Shown here: positions 41,401 to 56,100 of the stretch, piece by piece
Layout: the number at the start of each line of letters is the position of its first letter
Numbering within the stretch: position 1 is the first letter of the stretch
Assembly: GCA_016748015.1 (NCBI GenBank)
Contig: JAAOMT010000561.1
Coordinates: 132,026-196,025, forward strand
Source of the DNA: Geosiphon pyriformis uo1
Lineage: Eukaryota > Fungi > Glomeromycota
Direction of reading: 5' to 3'
DNA: 64,000 bases
Position numbers and translations under genes: made by a program
The notes under the pieces: generated by a model
Seen by the model: the letters and a program-made list of their open reading frames with translations, nothing else
Told to the model about the DNA's origin: nothing
Database searches by the model: none

Positions 41401-42352
41401 CACCAATTGGGTTGGGAGTACTCGGATACTGAAGAGTATTTAACTACTATGCTAAGGACTCTAGTTATCAAAATTGCAGGTAGAGCTGGAGATCCAGAGT
41501 AAGAAAAATATGTTACAGCCATATTATGAGATTCTATTTTCCCTACTTAACACTTTTTTGGTGATTCAAGGGTGGTAAAGGAAGCCCATCGCCGATTCAA
41601 ACTTCTGACAGAAGAGAATGATCAATCTGCTGTTCATCCCAATATTCGAGGAACTGTTTATCAAATTGTCCTTGCACATGGTGGTGGCGCAAAAGAGTTT
41701 GATAGTATTTTGGAAATATTCAGAAATAGTCCAACTGCCGATCAACAAATTTTAGCGTTAACTGGGCTAGGTTTCGCCCAACAACCAGAATTGATTCAAC
41801 GTGGTTTGGAATTTAGCATATCATCTGAAGTTAGAAGTCAAGATATCATTTATCCATTTGCAAGGTTACCAGTTTAAATTTACTGAGTCATGATCTCTTC
41901 AAAGTTTGTCCCCTCAAAATCACTTAATGTTCCATTAATTTTAAAATATTTAATAGCTTTCAATCGAATCGCAAGTCCAGAAAACTTTTATGGGAATTCG
42001 TCAAAACCAATTGGGAACCGGTATGGTTATTTTTAAATCTTTAACTTTTGACAAAGGCACACCAAATTTCTTTAAATTAAAATTTTTGTATCCGCATATT
42101 CAGTTACAGGAACGATATTCCAAATCGCTAAATTTGTTTGGAAATGTTATCAAATGTAGTGTTGATTCTTTTGCTTCTCATGAATTAGCCGACGATGTGG
42201 AAGCCTTTTTCTCTGACAAAGATTCTAAAGATTTCGCACGACCACTTCATCAGAGTTTAGAGACTATTCGAGCAAATACTGCGTGGTTGAAGCGTGATGA
42301 GAAGGATGTAGAAGATTGGCTGAAAAGAAATGGCTATATTCAAGATGTATAA
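38410..42352 (+). CDS. APE2: M1 family zinc aminopeptidase (puromycin-sensitive/Ape2-like), multi-exon
   Basis: [60 protein letters not shown] (HExxH-x18-E), FDAISYYKG, plus an ERAP1-like C-terminal domain; GT-AG introns keep the frame. Confidence 0.95.
38587..38781 (+). ncRNA. Candidate structured RNA in aminopeptidase intron 1 (38526-38819), class unknown
   Basis: Nested inverted repeats and a duplicated ~42-nt hairpin unit; much higher GC than other introns. Confidence 0.45.
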
Positions 42353-42651
42353 GCAGCCAAAAAAGTTGCTGTTTCACTTGTCTCATCAGACGAGTTTTAT
42401 TCAAAGAAAATGTTAGAAGTCATGATTTTTTAGTGTCTGGAATTTTAAAGAGAAAATTGATCATCAAGTTAAGAGTAGTAAGATCTATAAAATTAAGGTA
42501 TAATTGCCCAATAACTATAAAGTGTTTCTCACGAGGGGGCACTGTTCAGAAGGTATGTGTGGAAAATGTCTCCTGATATTACTTTCACATTCTGGTGATC
42601 CAATATCATCCGCAACAGTCTCATTTTTTTAAACGGAGGATTGGGTGATTA

Positions 42652-44596
42652 TTATTTGCACCACAATTTTTGATCCAAAATAGCTATGGCAGCCCCTAGG
42701 CACCATCCTGTTTCAATTCCTTTGATTTTTTTGGCGATCTTCAACTCCCGTTCCAATGGAATTTCATAGCCAATATGTAAAAGTTCATATATAAAAGTTA
42801 AATCCATGCAATAATGCGGATTCTTATTAAGCTCCTTTATCGCGTCAGGCAAATGAGCAAAGTTATTTAAATTGCTTGCGCATACTTTATCTGCAAGATC
42901 ACGTAGTTCCCTTAGCGAGAATTCCGAGGGCATTCCCAAAGGACTGGCACGATCATAAAAATATGAAAACGCGTAAATATCGTGAAAGGAGAAAGTTTGG
43001 TGCAGCGGTGGCTGATAAACGCCATTGAATGAACATGGGGACAAAGTGCATTCTTTTTCTTTGTTTAGTACTTGTTCAGTTATAGCACGGCATTGTGCAT
43101 GACCGGCGCCAGTACCGACTAATGTAGTGGTTCCAATAATATCAGAGGAAAAGGATGGATCTAAGGGCCAAACCTCAGTATAGTTCTTTGGGAGACATGG
43201 ATGTGGTACTTGATTACCTTCAATAGGTAATTCGATATTATCAGTACCAATGGCAATCTTACTATTGATTTTTTTGGTTTCCTTGTACCATATTTTCGTC
43301 ATGAAATTTTTTATTGCCTTTCGAGCTTCCATAAGTCCATAACCTAAATAGGAATGCTGATAGAGAACATACTTATGTTCTCCGTATTCTAGTTCATACC
43401 TGTGATCACCAGGCGCAACATCAAATCCATCTACAGTATCAGGTTCAAACACTATTTGTGTCGACCCTCCACCGAGATCGAAAATGGCGGCAGTAGGTTG
43501 CTTTTTTGTCGATCCTATTCTCTCCAAAAGATAATTAACTGTGATCCATGCATAAACACCTGAGATTTCCAAAAATAATATTTACAATTGGCTGTAGTGA
43601 ACTTTGATCAATAAAATTGTTTCAAATTCGTTACCTTCATCTCTTCCATCCATAATAGCGACGCCTTCTTTTTCAATGATGGGAAAGGGGTAATTAAGTT
43701 CCAAGTGTTCCCTTATTGCTCTCAATATATCTTGACTTTTATCCTGTCCTAATAGCCGCAAGCCAGCTGTTGCTTTCACTGCTATTGGGGTGCAATTTTG
43801 TAACTCAACAGGGACACGTTCAAGTGCCACATCCAAGAGTGTATTCAAACTTTTGGCAGCAGATTCAGGATCCGGGTATTTAGACAAGCCAGGTTCCGTA
43901 TGTGCAAATATTTCATCTTCTAATTCAGGTGATGATTTACAATAATTAAAGCGATATACATGAATACGTGAACCAGTGGATCCAGCGTCAATCATGAGTG
44001 CGTACTGAATCAATTGACGTCCAGGATGTGGAATTGTACAGTGAATTGATGTAAGAGAAGGAGCCAAATCTAAATTAGGACTCGTTACGAAATATTTTTC
44101 GTCAGATAAGAGTTTTCCATCATCATTATTAATTGATTCGCTAAATTCATAGGATGAGTCCCCTTGGGAAATATAATGAAACCATTTTCGTTAGATTAGT
44201 TGATTTGGGGACTATTCAAGGAAAATAAATTATATATTAGGAATACAGACAAATGCCTGGAATTGCATTCAGAGATGTCTCATCTCGAAAATCAGAATAT
44301 TCTGGTACCCTCACGCTTTCTTCCGCTATAAAAAACCAGGTCAAGCCAAGGCCGAATACACCCAAGATTAATGCGCGGATCCATATTCTTCGCCGAGTAC
44401 TGTTTTTGACCATTTTTTCAGTCTTCGTATCCAGGTAAACTATATTAACCCTACTTTCAGCTTTTTCAAGATTAGAACTCTTTCGGCGGGAGTGAACTTT
44501 ATAATCAACGGACTGTGGAACTCCCTCACCCACATTTTTATCTTGGGGGGAAATGGTATCAGGAATGATGGTAGATGGAGTTTGCGAAGAAAGCAT
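42652..44596 (-). CDS. GDA1: Golgi guanosine-diphosphatase (GDA1/CD39 NTPDase), type II membrane protein, 3 exons; exon 1/2 junction uncertain
   Basis: Apyrase conserved regions DAGSTGSR, KATAGLRLL, MDGRDEGVYAWITVNYLL, DLGGGSTQ and GWCLGA; N-terminal TM segment (IWIRALILGVFGLGLTWFFI). Confidence 0.93.
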
Positions 44597-44699
44597 CAAG
44601 GTCAGGAAATATTATTACTAGAACCGTTAATCAGGAATAAGGGTTATAAGATTTTATTTATTCTTTTACTTAGTTAAATTAAAATTAATATAACTTAGT

Positions 44700-47480
44700 A
44701 TATTTGTAAATATTAATTTTACGATTTTTACACAAACTAAGAAATTATGAATTTCTATTTGTAATAAAAATAATGAATTATATTTATTTTAAGATTTATT
44801 ATTTTTGTTTTAATATAATATATTAATATAAACGAAACAATATTACAGTATTTTATTATATATATAACAAAATAATTTAAATTTTATAAAGAATTAAATA
44901 TTAAATATTATTTTTAAAAGTTTATAATTGTTAATTTTATTTTAACAAATTTTTTGTTAATTTTATTTTGCAAAATTTTTCTTTTTAATTATAAAAAATA
45001 TTTTAATATTGTAATTGGTATTATAAAATTTTCAAATTTATAACAAAAAACAGAATTTAAATAAGCAAATTTGTTCAAAGAAGTATTTTTTAAATTGTAT
45101 TATAATTAAAATAAATATAAAAAGTTTTTTTTAATATTTAATATAATATAGTTTTAATGTAAATTTAAATAACTGGTTATGTATTATTTTTAATATAATT
45201 ACATTAAATATGTAATAATTAAATTGTATAAATAGTTGGTAATTGAACTCTTTTATATTAAAACATAATAAAAATAAATATTATATTTAAAAAATTTAAG
45301 TTTAATAATTAAATATTACATATAAATTTTAATTTAATTAATAAAATAACATATTTTTTATGATTAATTGAATTTTAATTTTTAAATAATATAATAAATA
45401 ATATATTTTTATTAATTTAATTTAATTTAATTTAATTAATTATTATTTACTTATTTATAATATATATTTTAAAATAAATATAATTTATGTATTTTATATA
45501 TAAATATATATATTTTTATTATAATAATAAATATAAATTAGTTAATATTTAAAATTATATAGTTTTATTAAATAAAATATAAAAACTCCAAAATAATTAT
45601 AATTTATATACTTGTTATATGTAATTAATTACTTAAATTAATTAAAACTATATTATACAAACAATTTAAAAAAATATATACAAATAATATCAATGTTTTT
45701 TCAGTTTTAAAAAATAAATTAGTAAATTAAAAAACTTTTTTTTATTATATTAAAACAACATAATTAACTTATATATTTATATTATATATAGATCATATTT
45801 ATAAAACGTAATAAAAAAAAAATTTATACTTATATTAAAATAATTTTTATAGTTTACTAAAATAAAATAAACAAAATTAATAATTTTTAAAAATATAATT
45901 TTGACATTTTATTTAAAAAAACAAATTTTTTTAGTTTAAACTTTAAAAAGCCAAATTTTTGATTATATTTATATATATTAAGATATTTGCAATTATATAA
46001 TTGTTTTTTAATAATAATAAGTAATTTTTTATAAAAAGTTTTTATATAGTAGATCTTAAAACTAAAAATTATTTAATTAATAAATCTAAAATAAATATAT
46101 TTATTAAAATACCAAATCAAAATTATTTTAATTTAGTTTATATTTTGAATTATATTTATATTAATATATTTTACAATATATTTTAATTTCTATTTAATAA
46201 ATTTTATTAAATTATATAAATTTTTAACAAAATATTATGTATTATTTAAAAAAATTATCAAAAAAGAAAATCAAAAAAAATCAAGCTTTTAGGATTAAGT
46301 TTTTTATAATAATAATAATAATAATAATAATTTTAATTATAGATTAATTATTATTAAAATCAATATTATTAGAAAACAAAAAATAATAATTTTTATTTAA
46401 TTAATCTAATTTTTGAAATTAAATAATTTAATAAATTGATTAAATAAAATTATATATAAAAATATAACTTGTTTTATTTTTAAAACCAATAATAATTAGT
46501 TAAAAATTAATAATAATTAGTTAAGAACCAATATTTTAAATAAAACAGTCAATAATTAATTTAAATTAAAATTGACTAATGTATTTTTATTGTTATTGTC
46601 TAAAATATATTTTTTTTTAATTAATAGTTATAATAAAACTAAATATTATAATTAATACAGATAATATAAAACTGGCAAGAGTTAAAAAAACAAAAAACCA
46701 AAGCTCTATTTTTCATAAAAAAAAGTTAGCTTTAAAATAATAAAGCTAATACCAAAAGAAAAATCTTTTAAAATTTTAAAAAAATTGCTATTAATTATAA
46801 TAAAAAGTTAAAAAGATTGTTTCTTAGCTGTTTTGACTTTTTTAGTTATTTAAGCAACAGTAAAAAAAATAATAAAAGAAAAAGATAATTGAGTTATTAA
46901 TTTTTTATAAAAAAATTTAAGTTCTTGAAAAGAGAAATTACACTAAGATTACTTTAAATAAGTTTTTTTTGAAAAAACATTAAAGAAAAAAACTTTTAAC
47001 CAAAAACAAAAATGATTATCTATTTAAGAAAAATGTTTTTACAAAGTACTATCAAGCAGTTTTAATAATCACAAGTGTTTTATTGATAAAAATAAATTAT
47101 TTTGGTTTTAAAGTATTTTTTTTTATAAAATTAATTAATAAATTAAAACCAATATATATATATATATATTTAAACATAATAATATTTTTAAGCAAATTTA
47201 AAAATAAAATATTTGTTATTAAAAAAAATAAAAGTTAATAATTAACACTGTTTATTTCTAATTTAATATATTAATAAAAAAGAATAATATTATATAATTT
47301 AAAAATTATTATATTTAATTATAAAAATTTAATATTTTAAATTATTAATTTAAGGATATATTAAACGTTGAACATTCATAATAAACAGTAAAATTAAGAT
47401 TTTATAAAATACTTGGTTATTTTTATTTTTATTAATTAAAAAATTATTGAATAAGTTTTAAAAGAGTAATTTATCTTTTC
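44700..47480. repeat. Extremely AT-rich block, probably decayed repeats
   Basis: Very low GC, CpG nearly absent, no ORFs. Confidence 0.5.
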
Positions 47481-47874
47481 GAAAAGGCTAAGAATTTATT
47501 TTAGCAATTTAGAACATATGAGTTATGAAGGATAAGTTATTTGATATGCGGGTTGTGGCAAATCATTGTATAATTACCAAAGAGGAGATAGATTGATTTG
47601 AATTTATTTATAGAAATGGTTGACTTTCACAATCAAAAACTTGGCATACCAGGAAAGATAATATATCATTTTACAAAACCTGTTGTACAACCATTTTCTA
47701 TTTTTTTTTACACCCGCTTCTGTTTATCCAAACATAATCTCTTTATTTTGCCAAGCAGTGTGTTAAACGATTCTCTGGTTTTGACACCGCTTATAATTAT
47801 TTTATGTCAAGGTTTTTTACCGCCTAGAGTTTTTGGAACACCAAGCTATATTAGCTCTTTGGTTTTGCACAGTA

Positions 47875-47906
<32 letters not shown>
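47875..47906. repeat. (ATT)n microsatellite
   Basis: Directly visible. Confidence 0.9.
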
Positions 47907-47907
<1 letters not shown>

Positions 47908-48186
47908 GAGATCATGTCACAAAGCCCTGAATTACAATAGAATACTGCAGAAAAAGGAGGTAATCTTGGCTGTTGTTGATCGTGTAACAGTTCATTAACC
48001 TATTCGAAAATTCCTATAAATTGTCGTGAACAGCGGAACTACAATTATCTGTTATTCCTTAAAGATCTTAAACTTGAGTTTTCATTTAAAAGACTTTTAA
48101 TTTTTTCAAAAAAACTTCCTTTTCAAACTCATAATTCCGCCATCTTCAATTAGATATATTTTTTTTTAAATAGCCTATTAGAAATT

Positions 48187-49245
48187 ATGAGTGAATTACA
48201 AGTATCAAATATTAACCAAATGTTTCGAAAAAGGAAATTCATTGTAAGTATTTTTACTTAATTAAACTAAAATTCAGAAATTTGATGTTCCAATTTTTTT
48301 TTTTATGATCTTTATGGTAGAATAGATCTCACGCTTTGAGTTACTAATTAACAAAAATATTGTACTTGATATCTGGTATAGTCAAATGAAAGTGGACAAG
48401 TTAAGACTCTCGACAATGAGACTATTCCTTCCGACTCTACGATATATTTGAGAAATTGTGTTGATAGCCAGTATGTATTGAATGGTCTTTTTACCAAGGT
48501 CATGATTGGTAATTATCTTGAGGGTTTTTGAGAATTGAAGGAAATGGTAATTCTGATAAGATAATTGGAAATTTAATGAAACTTTTAAACAAAGTATTGC
48601 CTTTTTAATTAGAAAGTTGCAAAAACCTCGTTTTGATTGTAAATGAGAGAATCAGAACCTCCATCATTGAAATTTGGGCATCGCAGAATGTTAAACTGGA
48701 GGTAATTTTAAAATTTTTAAAATTTAAATAATATCAAAACAAATTTCTCCAAGGATATTTTTTAATTCGAGACCAAAAAATGAATATTTTTACTTTTAAT
48801 TTAACAGGTGAATAAACAGATTCAAACAATTCAAGTAGACGATTGTCACGATATAGATGTTAAATATTCGGATCCACAATATTTTTATTCAGTTGTATGG
48901 ACTGGCACTGAGAGATTGGGTTTGAGAGTTGTTGAAAATGGCGAGGGTAAGATGTTTTATCATAGAATTTTGTATTTAATTAAAGGAACTTTCTATTCCC
49001 AATATATTTCCCAAAATTCATTAACAAAACGTTATTTGCTTTTTCAAGTCAAATACTCGACCACGATTGGGAAAATTGAGTCTGAATCTGAGAGTGAAAC
49101 AGCAGAAGCTCTTTATAAGGCTCAATTCATTACTCGATTGATTGATGATAAGCTTACAAGCGAGGAATTGATTCGTGCCGAAAAAGGATTTCCCATAACA
49201 CAACGTGAATTGCAAGAATGGAAAGAAAGAAACGGTGTAGCCTAA
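48187..49245 (+). CDS. Small stand-alone CAP C-terminal (C-CAP/cofactor-C beta-helix)-like protein, 5 exons
   Basis: Spliced translation STIYLRNCVDSQYVLNGLFTKVMIESCKNLVL...IEIWASQNVKLEVNKQIQTIQVDDC...QFITRLIDDKLTSEEL resembles CAP_C beta-helix coils and tail; canonical splice sites. Confidence 0.7.
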
Positions 49246-49976
49246 TATATTGTAGAGAATAACTTTAAATATTTAAGAGAAACAAAAATATATTTTCAAG
49301 TTTAGAGTTATTATTATTATTATTTTGAATAATAATATAAAAGATATTTGATAAAGATCGATTTTTATTATTATACAAAGTATAAAAACTTTTTATAAAA
49401 ATAAAAAGATTAAGAAAAAGCTTGTTGATAATCTCATTAGGGGTAGGAGGGGGTATTTATTCAATAGACACCAACAGTTTTCAAAATCTAATAAAAGCTA
49501 TCGTTTTTGGCAAATAAGATAAGATTACATAAGAAAAGACAAATTTGGAAAAAAGATATTTTAGAATAATTCAAAGATTTTCGATATATATATCAATAAA
49601 AACCATAATTCATGCTAAAAACAAAACAATGATTTTTTTAAAAAAGTTTGACTAAATATTATGAATGATGCAATTTAAAGAGTCACAAAAAAGGAAATTC
49701 TGAACAGATGATTTAAAAGGACGTCTTGTTCATCTTGTTCGACAATTTAAGTGAGTAAACTGTGATCATAGTGAAATATTAGTTTGTTTGTCTTTTCAGG
49801 TTGTATCCAGCATTGTGACGCTTGGTTGAGGTGACGCGATTTAGAGAATTATGGGTTCAACCTAGTAGCGTAATGAAAATATTGGCTCGGTTTATTTAAA
49901 ATTTTGATATTTATTAAAATTCAATTAATACTAAATTTGAGATTGCAGGTCTGGTTTAATTTAGCAACAAAGTGTT

Positions 49977-50062
49977 TCTTCCTTCCTTCCTTCCTTCCTT
50001 CCTTCCTTCCTTCTTTCCTTCCTTCCTTCCTTCCTTCCTCCCTTCCTTCTTTCCTTCCTTCT
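49977..50062. repeat. (CCTT)n microsatellite
   Basis: Directly visible. Confidence 0.95.
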
Positions 50063-51582
50063 TTCAATTTTCAAAATATTTTAATTGACAACAATGATGA
50101 AATCTAGAAAACCAAAAACTCTCGTGAGGATTAAACCTTTATTTCATTTTGATCCAAAGAATTCTCAGCTTATTTATTATTATTTTACAATTTAAAAAGC
50201 AATTATCAAGATATTTCACCTAAATTCACTTATTTTAAAGATATTTCACCTAATAACTTTGCCTCGAAAAAAAAAAAGCTATTTACTACAAGATTTAACG
50301 ATTAGTTGATGAAGTCAGCATTCGAGATAATTTTTTGTTATTGGTTATTTTTATTTTTTCTTTCAAGAGAAAGATTCTAATAGAGAATCTGAAATAGTTT
50401 TCCTTATATTAAAAATTTTTATTTCTTTTCATAAATGAACATGTATCAACTATCGGCAATGGAAAAGAATAAAGGAAATGAGAGAAAAAGAAAGAGAAAA
50501 AAAGGAAAGTGTTAGTCGTAACTATACAGAATTACCTTTTGTTTTGTTTTAAGCCATGAGATCAGAAAAAAATATATACAAGAAAGTCTAGAACATAGGG
50601 AAAAAAAATCATTTTCAAAAAAAAAATAATCTCCGGATATTTTTAATTCTTGATTACCCCTTCTCAAGTTTAGCTAGTTGCTGATCAATACCGAACCCAA
50701 CTTACTGAACATTCTACACAAATCGGGCTTTTTTCAAAATCTCCAAAATTGGAAAAAGCTCATATCATAATATTGATAATTTCAAAAAAAATAATTTATT
50801 ATTATTTTAATTAGAAACAGGGTAAATGATACTTAATGAAATCATAATGAAGTCATTGATTAACATAATGGTTATTTTTTCGCGCATTTTAAATGAGAAA
50901 ATGATGATGATAATGATGAAAATCACTATACTATTATCATCTTGAGAGAAAAATATTATTAAATGATATGATATTTATATGATAATATATGATGTTATAC
51001 GATATATGATATTACCTGAAACTTTATTTCATAGAAATTCCATGGAAATCTGTATCAAATATTCGGAATTCATAAAAAATATGGAAAATTCCTCATACAT
51101 TTCTCTGCAGAAATAAACTTTTTTATCTTTCTATTCGAAAGAATTCTGTAAAACAGGGTAAATTTTTTGTAAAATTGATAATAATAAAACAAGTTTTTAT
51201 TTGAATATGGAATAATGATCACAGAGATTATAAAGAGAAAATATTATTATATATATATAAATGTACTAAAAAATTTAAAAACAATAACACAGCCTACCTT
51301 CTATAATTATCCATAGATTTTCGTTTAATTAAAAAAGGAGAATTTTTTGCGAATTTAATTATTATTTTGGTTTCATATAAAATTCTAAAATTAAAATTTT
51401 CCCACTTGAGAATTGATTGGTAATGTATTTTATAGTTTGAAAATTACTTTAAAATAGTTGTAATTTAAATGAAAACCAAAAAAAATCTTTGGTGATACTT
51501 ATTACAACATTATATATTTAATGGATTGTTTACATAAAACAAAGATTTTTAACCTGTGCTCCTTATTCTTTCATGCGTAATA

Positions 51583-51584
<2 letters not shown>

Positions 51585-51663
<79 letters not shown>
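51585..51663. repeat. Poly(T) tract, 79 nt
   Basis: Directly visible. Confidence 0.95.
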
Positions 51664-51667
<4 letters not shown>

Positions 51668-51957
51668 ATCAATTTTAAGAAAAATTTTTTTTTATATAAC
51701 TTTGAAATTTAAAACCCTTTAGATCCAATTAAATTTAAAGACACTTTTGGAAAAAAATAATCTTTTTAATCATTTTCATTTTTAAGTTTAACTCTATTAA
51801 CCTTATTTTCACGTTTTTCTCTAACTCTATCACTAAAAAATCCCTAGTATGCAGGAAATTTTCTAATTTATTAATGATCAATTATCATTAACATTTTAAT
51901 ATGATTATGATTATAATTATATTAAGATTACAATTATTAAGATTATAATTATAATTA

Positions 51958-51959
51958 TA

Positions 51960-52012
<53 letters not shown>
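51958..52012. repeat. (ATT)n microsatellite
   Basis: Directly visible. Confidence 0.95.
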
Positions 52013-52109
52013 GATTTTATTATTGATGTTTTGGGAAAATAAATCATATAACATATCATAAAATATAATGAAACTATTATGTTTCCTAATAATTTGTGAT
52101 TTTTAAAAA

Positions 52110-52139
52110 AGTGATTGGATTAAATCATTGCCAATCACT
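52110..52139. promoter_or_regulatory. Inverted pair of CCAAT boxes upstream of the Kelch gene
   Basis: AGTGATTGG-N12-CCAATCACT, a perfect 9-bp inverted repeat about 1 kb upstream of ATG 53183. Confidence 0.4.
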
Positions 52140-53182
52140 CATAAAAGTAGCAACAACAACAACTCCGAAACAAAAATGACAAAAAATTTTTTTTAACAAA
52201 CTTCCTTGCCTACTTTCCTTGGCAAACTTCGATGACCTATTTTTTTATCCTTTTTCGTTAAAAGTTAATCCAGATAAACAATTGAATATTGAAATCGACT
52301 AATGTTAAATTATTTTGACCCTTTAAAGATAAGAATCCAAATATTATTTTACTGGTAATATTTGCATAAATAAAAAAAAGTTTCTTTTCAATACATAAAA
52401 AAAAAAGAAAAATTATTTTATGAAAGAAAACTTATATTTTGTCGTGATTAAACTACTCCCCATTTTTGGAAATTTCCATTTTTTTTTTTTTTTTTTGAAA
52501 TCTTTGATGTTACCCAATTAAAATTAAACTACCGTGTCGTACGACTTTATTTTAAACTTATAGTTGTTCCCCTGGTCCTCTTCATCTTTTTTTATTTTGC
52601 ATCTATCATCATCATTTTCTAACTATATTTTTTTGAAAATTACAATTTTCCTCATAGAAAAAAGATTTTTATTATGGGACCGTGAAACAACCGCAGCATC
52701 TTTTAATGTGTAGCACTCAAACGGTAACACTTTAATCATTATCATTTCCGATTTTAAGTCTAACCGGAAATTTGTTCGTTAATAAAGTAACAACACAGAG
52801 CAACGTTTAAACTCCAGCTACTTAAAAGGCCCCAAACAAGTTTCTTTTATTTACATAATCTTTGTTTTGTCTAATATATTTTCTAAATATATTTTTAATA
52901 ATCTACTATTACTTTTATTTTTAAATTTTTTTTTTGCTCCTTCCCAATACTCGAGAAAACAACTCGTTCTTTTCCTCTTCCCTCTCCTCTCGTTTTTCAT
53001 TTTTGTTCCTTTAAAAATTACCCTAAATAACCTTTTCTTTTCCTTTTTTTTCCTTCTACCAATTTCTTTCATTGTCTTTTTGTGCTTATAATTCTACTAT
53101 TTGAAAATTTTTTTAACTTCTCAAGTATATTACCCATTGACAATTCAAAAATCACCCCCTCCTCACAAAACAAAAACAGTCA

Positions 53183-56100
53183 ATGAACAAAACAATAAAA
53201 ATTTTCCCACATCGTACGGTGTGGCGAATATCACGAAATTTTACAACGAAAGGACTTTTAATTTTTCTCATAATTTTCCTATCATTAACAAATATAACAC
53301 CAACCTTAAAAGCTCAACAAACAAACTCAGGACTAGGTCCAAAGGTCACCTCAATACCATGGCGTGCGGCTCACTCTGCAGTCATGATACAAGACTCCAT
53401 GATAATTTTTGGTGGTGTTTCGAGTTCGAATATATTTGATGATCCCATGGGTTCGAATCAAGTTATGGTATGGAATGCGCAAACGTTTAGTTGGTATTTG
53501 CCACAAGTCAATGCACAAAATGAGGCCTCGGTATTACCACAAAAATTCGTACCAGCTGTACAGTTAACTTCGGGTGGTAAGGCTTTGATGTTGTTGTCGA
53601 ATGTTACTGGATCTAATCCCATTCAATCACAACTTGCGAGGTTGGATGTAAATTTTTGGAGTTGGGATTTACCAGCTTCAAGTCAAACTTGTAAGCTTTA
53701 TTATTTTGTCAATAATTCATTTCTTCAAAATTGATTTTATATCTCTAAAAAAAAAAAAAAAAAAATTTTTCATCCATTTCTATTAGTCAACCCGCCAGAT
53801 CTTGGCATTGGTGTCAGTTTTACCGCTATCAATGATAAAATTTATAGGTATGGCGGAATGTCTCTCAATTCGGGAAATTCAAAAGGTGGGGTGGTGAATT
53901 TATTGTGGACTGTGGTGAGTCTTTACGCAAGAAACTTTTTTAGACTGGATCCTTTGTTACTATTTTTCAGCTCTCTTTTTCTTGTTTCTTATTTCTAAAA
54001 TTCTATAACTTAATTTGAATTAGGATGCAAACACACTCATGTGGGGTCAGGGTCCCAATGGACCCACGCTTGCCTACCATTCTGCTTGTTACATGTCAGA
54101 TTTTATGATTATTGTAATGTTTGGTGGTCAAGACGCCGATTTCAGGATCCTCAATACACTCAATATTTATAATATACAAAGTAAATCTTGGAAGTTAGAT
54201 GTTCAAACTTCTGGAGGATCCCCTCCTAGGTAGGTGAAATTTTAATTTTTTACTTTCTCAAAACTTAAATTTTTATTTCTCTTCACTTGATTCATTTTGA
54301 TTCGACTTACTTTTTCATCACCTATCATTTTTAGTCCACGCCGAGCTCACACTGCTGTATGTACTTCTAATAAAATGATAATTTTCGGCGGGGGAACAAC
54401 TACCGCAGCTGATGATGCAGTATGGCTATTAACAGCATCATCAGACGAAGATTTTACCTGGTCTAACCCAAAATTGATCAATCAAAGCAAGGGTCCAGGA
54501 GGGAGATTTGGTATTTCTATTTCTATTTTTTCTATTTTTTTTTTCAGAATTTAAATTAATTTATCTTTTGAAAGCTTTTTTTTAATTTTAAATATTTCAT
54601 GCAAAGGTCATTCTGCTGTATTAAATGGTAGAAAAATGTTGGTTTATGGAGGAGCTGGAAGTCAAAATGGTGATACCAATGTTTATATGCTGGATACTGT
54701 TGCTTGGAATTGGACCGCTATCACATCAGATAGTAGAGATAATTCTTTAATTACTTCAAACATAAATGTAGCCATCGGCACAAGTAAAAATGGCGTCAAT
54801 AAGACAAACCGTATTGTAGCAATAGTCGCTGGCGTCATTGGAGGGCTCTTAATTCTCCTGATACTGATCACAATAATTATGATTGTTTATCGGCGATCTT
54901 ATAATCAAAGTAATGGAAGTTATTGTGGTCGACGAACTAGTAATATGAGACAATTTGGTAACCGTTTTAATATCGACGAGGAAGATCGAGCTCGTGATCT
55001 CAGTTATCATTCTACTGATGATCCTAGTGTTGATATAATGGCAAATCGTGTGAGCAGGGATCGAAGATCGACCGCAATGTCATCTGATTTATTGATTCCA
55101 ACTCCGGCCGCTGCTAGAGTTGCTAATAAAGATACAATATTAAATGCCGCGGCAATACCCGTTCTATTTAACAACAATGACAAATCTCAAATTTCATATT
55201 CAAGAAATGTCCTTAACCCTCTCGCTGGTCATCGATTATCAGCGATTTCTAGTAATAGTGATAATAACTTCGGTATTTCGTCACCAAAAAATCTCTACGA
55301 AGAAGAACAAGCAGATGGAAGTAGATGGACTTTTGTTTCTTCACCACAACAACAATCTGGTGTCACCCCTCCAATACGATACATGGCACCTAATCGGGAT
55401 GTACCTTCAGGCGCTGGTCGGCATGTGAATCATGGTTCACCGGCACTTTCACCTAATTCTTATGATTCTTCTTGGATACGTAAATATTATATTGAGGACG
55501 AAGATGATGACTCTGTAGGTTTGGGTGTTCACCTTGCTCGCCCGGTCACACCACCAGAAGTGATTGTAACTGCTCCTCGAGTTCCTCCAAATTCTGCACA
55601 TATGTCCCCTACTCTACCGCCAGAGTATACTAATGGTGCTGGGATTGTACATAGTGGGCACCAACGAATGAGCGCTCCAGTTTTAAATACTGACAATGAT
55701 AGAGTAATGGACAATTCTGTGTCAGGAATAGATGGTTCAACGATACCGAGTGGTGGTGTAATATATGATGGACTGAGTCCGTTAGATCGTATTGCAAGAT
55801 TATTTTCTGGTGATGATGTGGCTGGTTCTATATTAAGAAGTGAAAAAGAAAGTGTCAATTATCTCCCAAACCAGTCTAACTTTCAACGGCAACCTCAGCA
55901 GACTATGACATATTCAGGGTTATCTGAAGATCATTTACCTTTTCGAACAGGCGAGGATGAATTATACGGCAATGTACCAGAACATTCTTCAGCTGAAGAT
56001 GCCCATGACTTGAAACATAATCCAAATTCAAGAGAGACAATGTCGATGCAAAGCTCAGAGGAGGCTGTTAATACTGGCATTACAGACTCTAGAGATGAGC

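Noticed and set aside
44163-44246. GDA1 intron 1 donor GTATTCCT as a second U12 intron
   Set aside because: Deviates from GTATCCTT, and the TTCCTTGA is too far from the likely acceptor; treated as U2 with uncertain boundaries
51585-51663. Poly(T) tract as the tail of a minus-strand retrocopy
   Set aside because: The adjacent sequence does not match the LINE 3' terminus and no TSD is visible
55144-55858. Overlapping or antisense ORFs within genes and within the LINE
   Set aside because: Shadow frames of real coding sequence with no independent motifs
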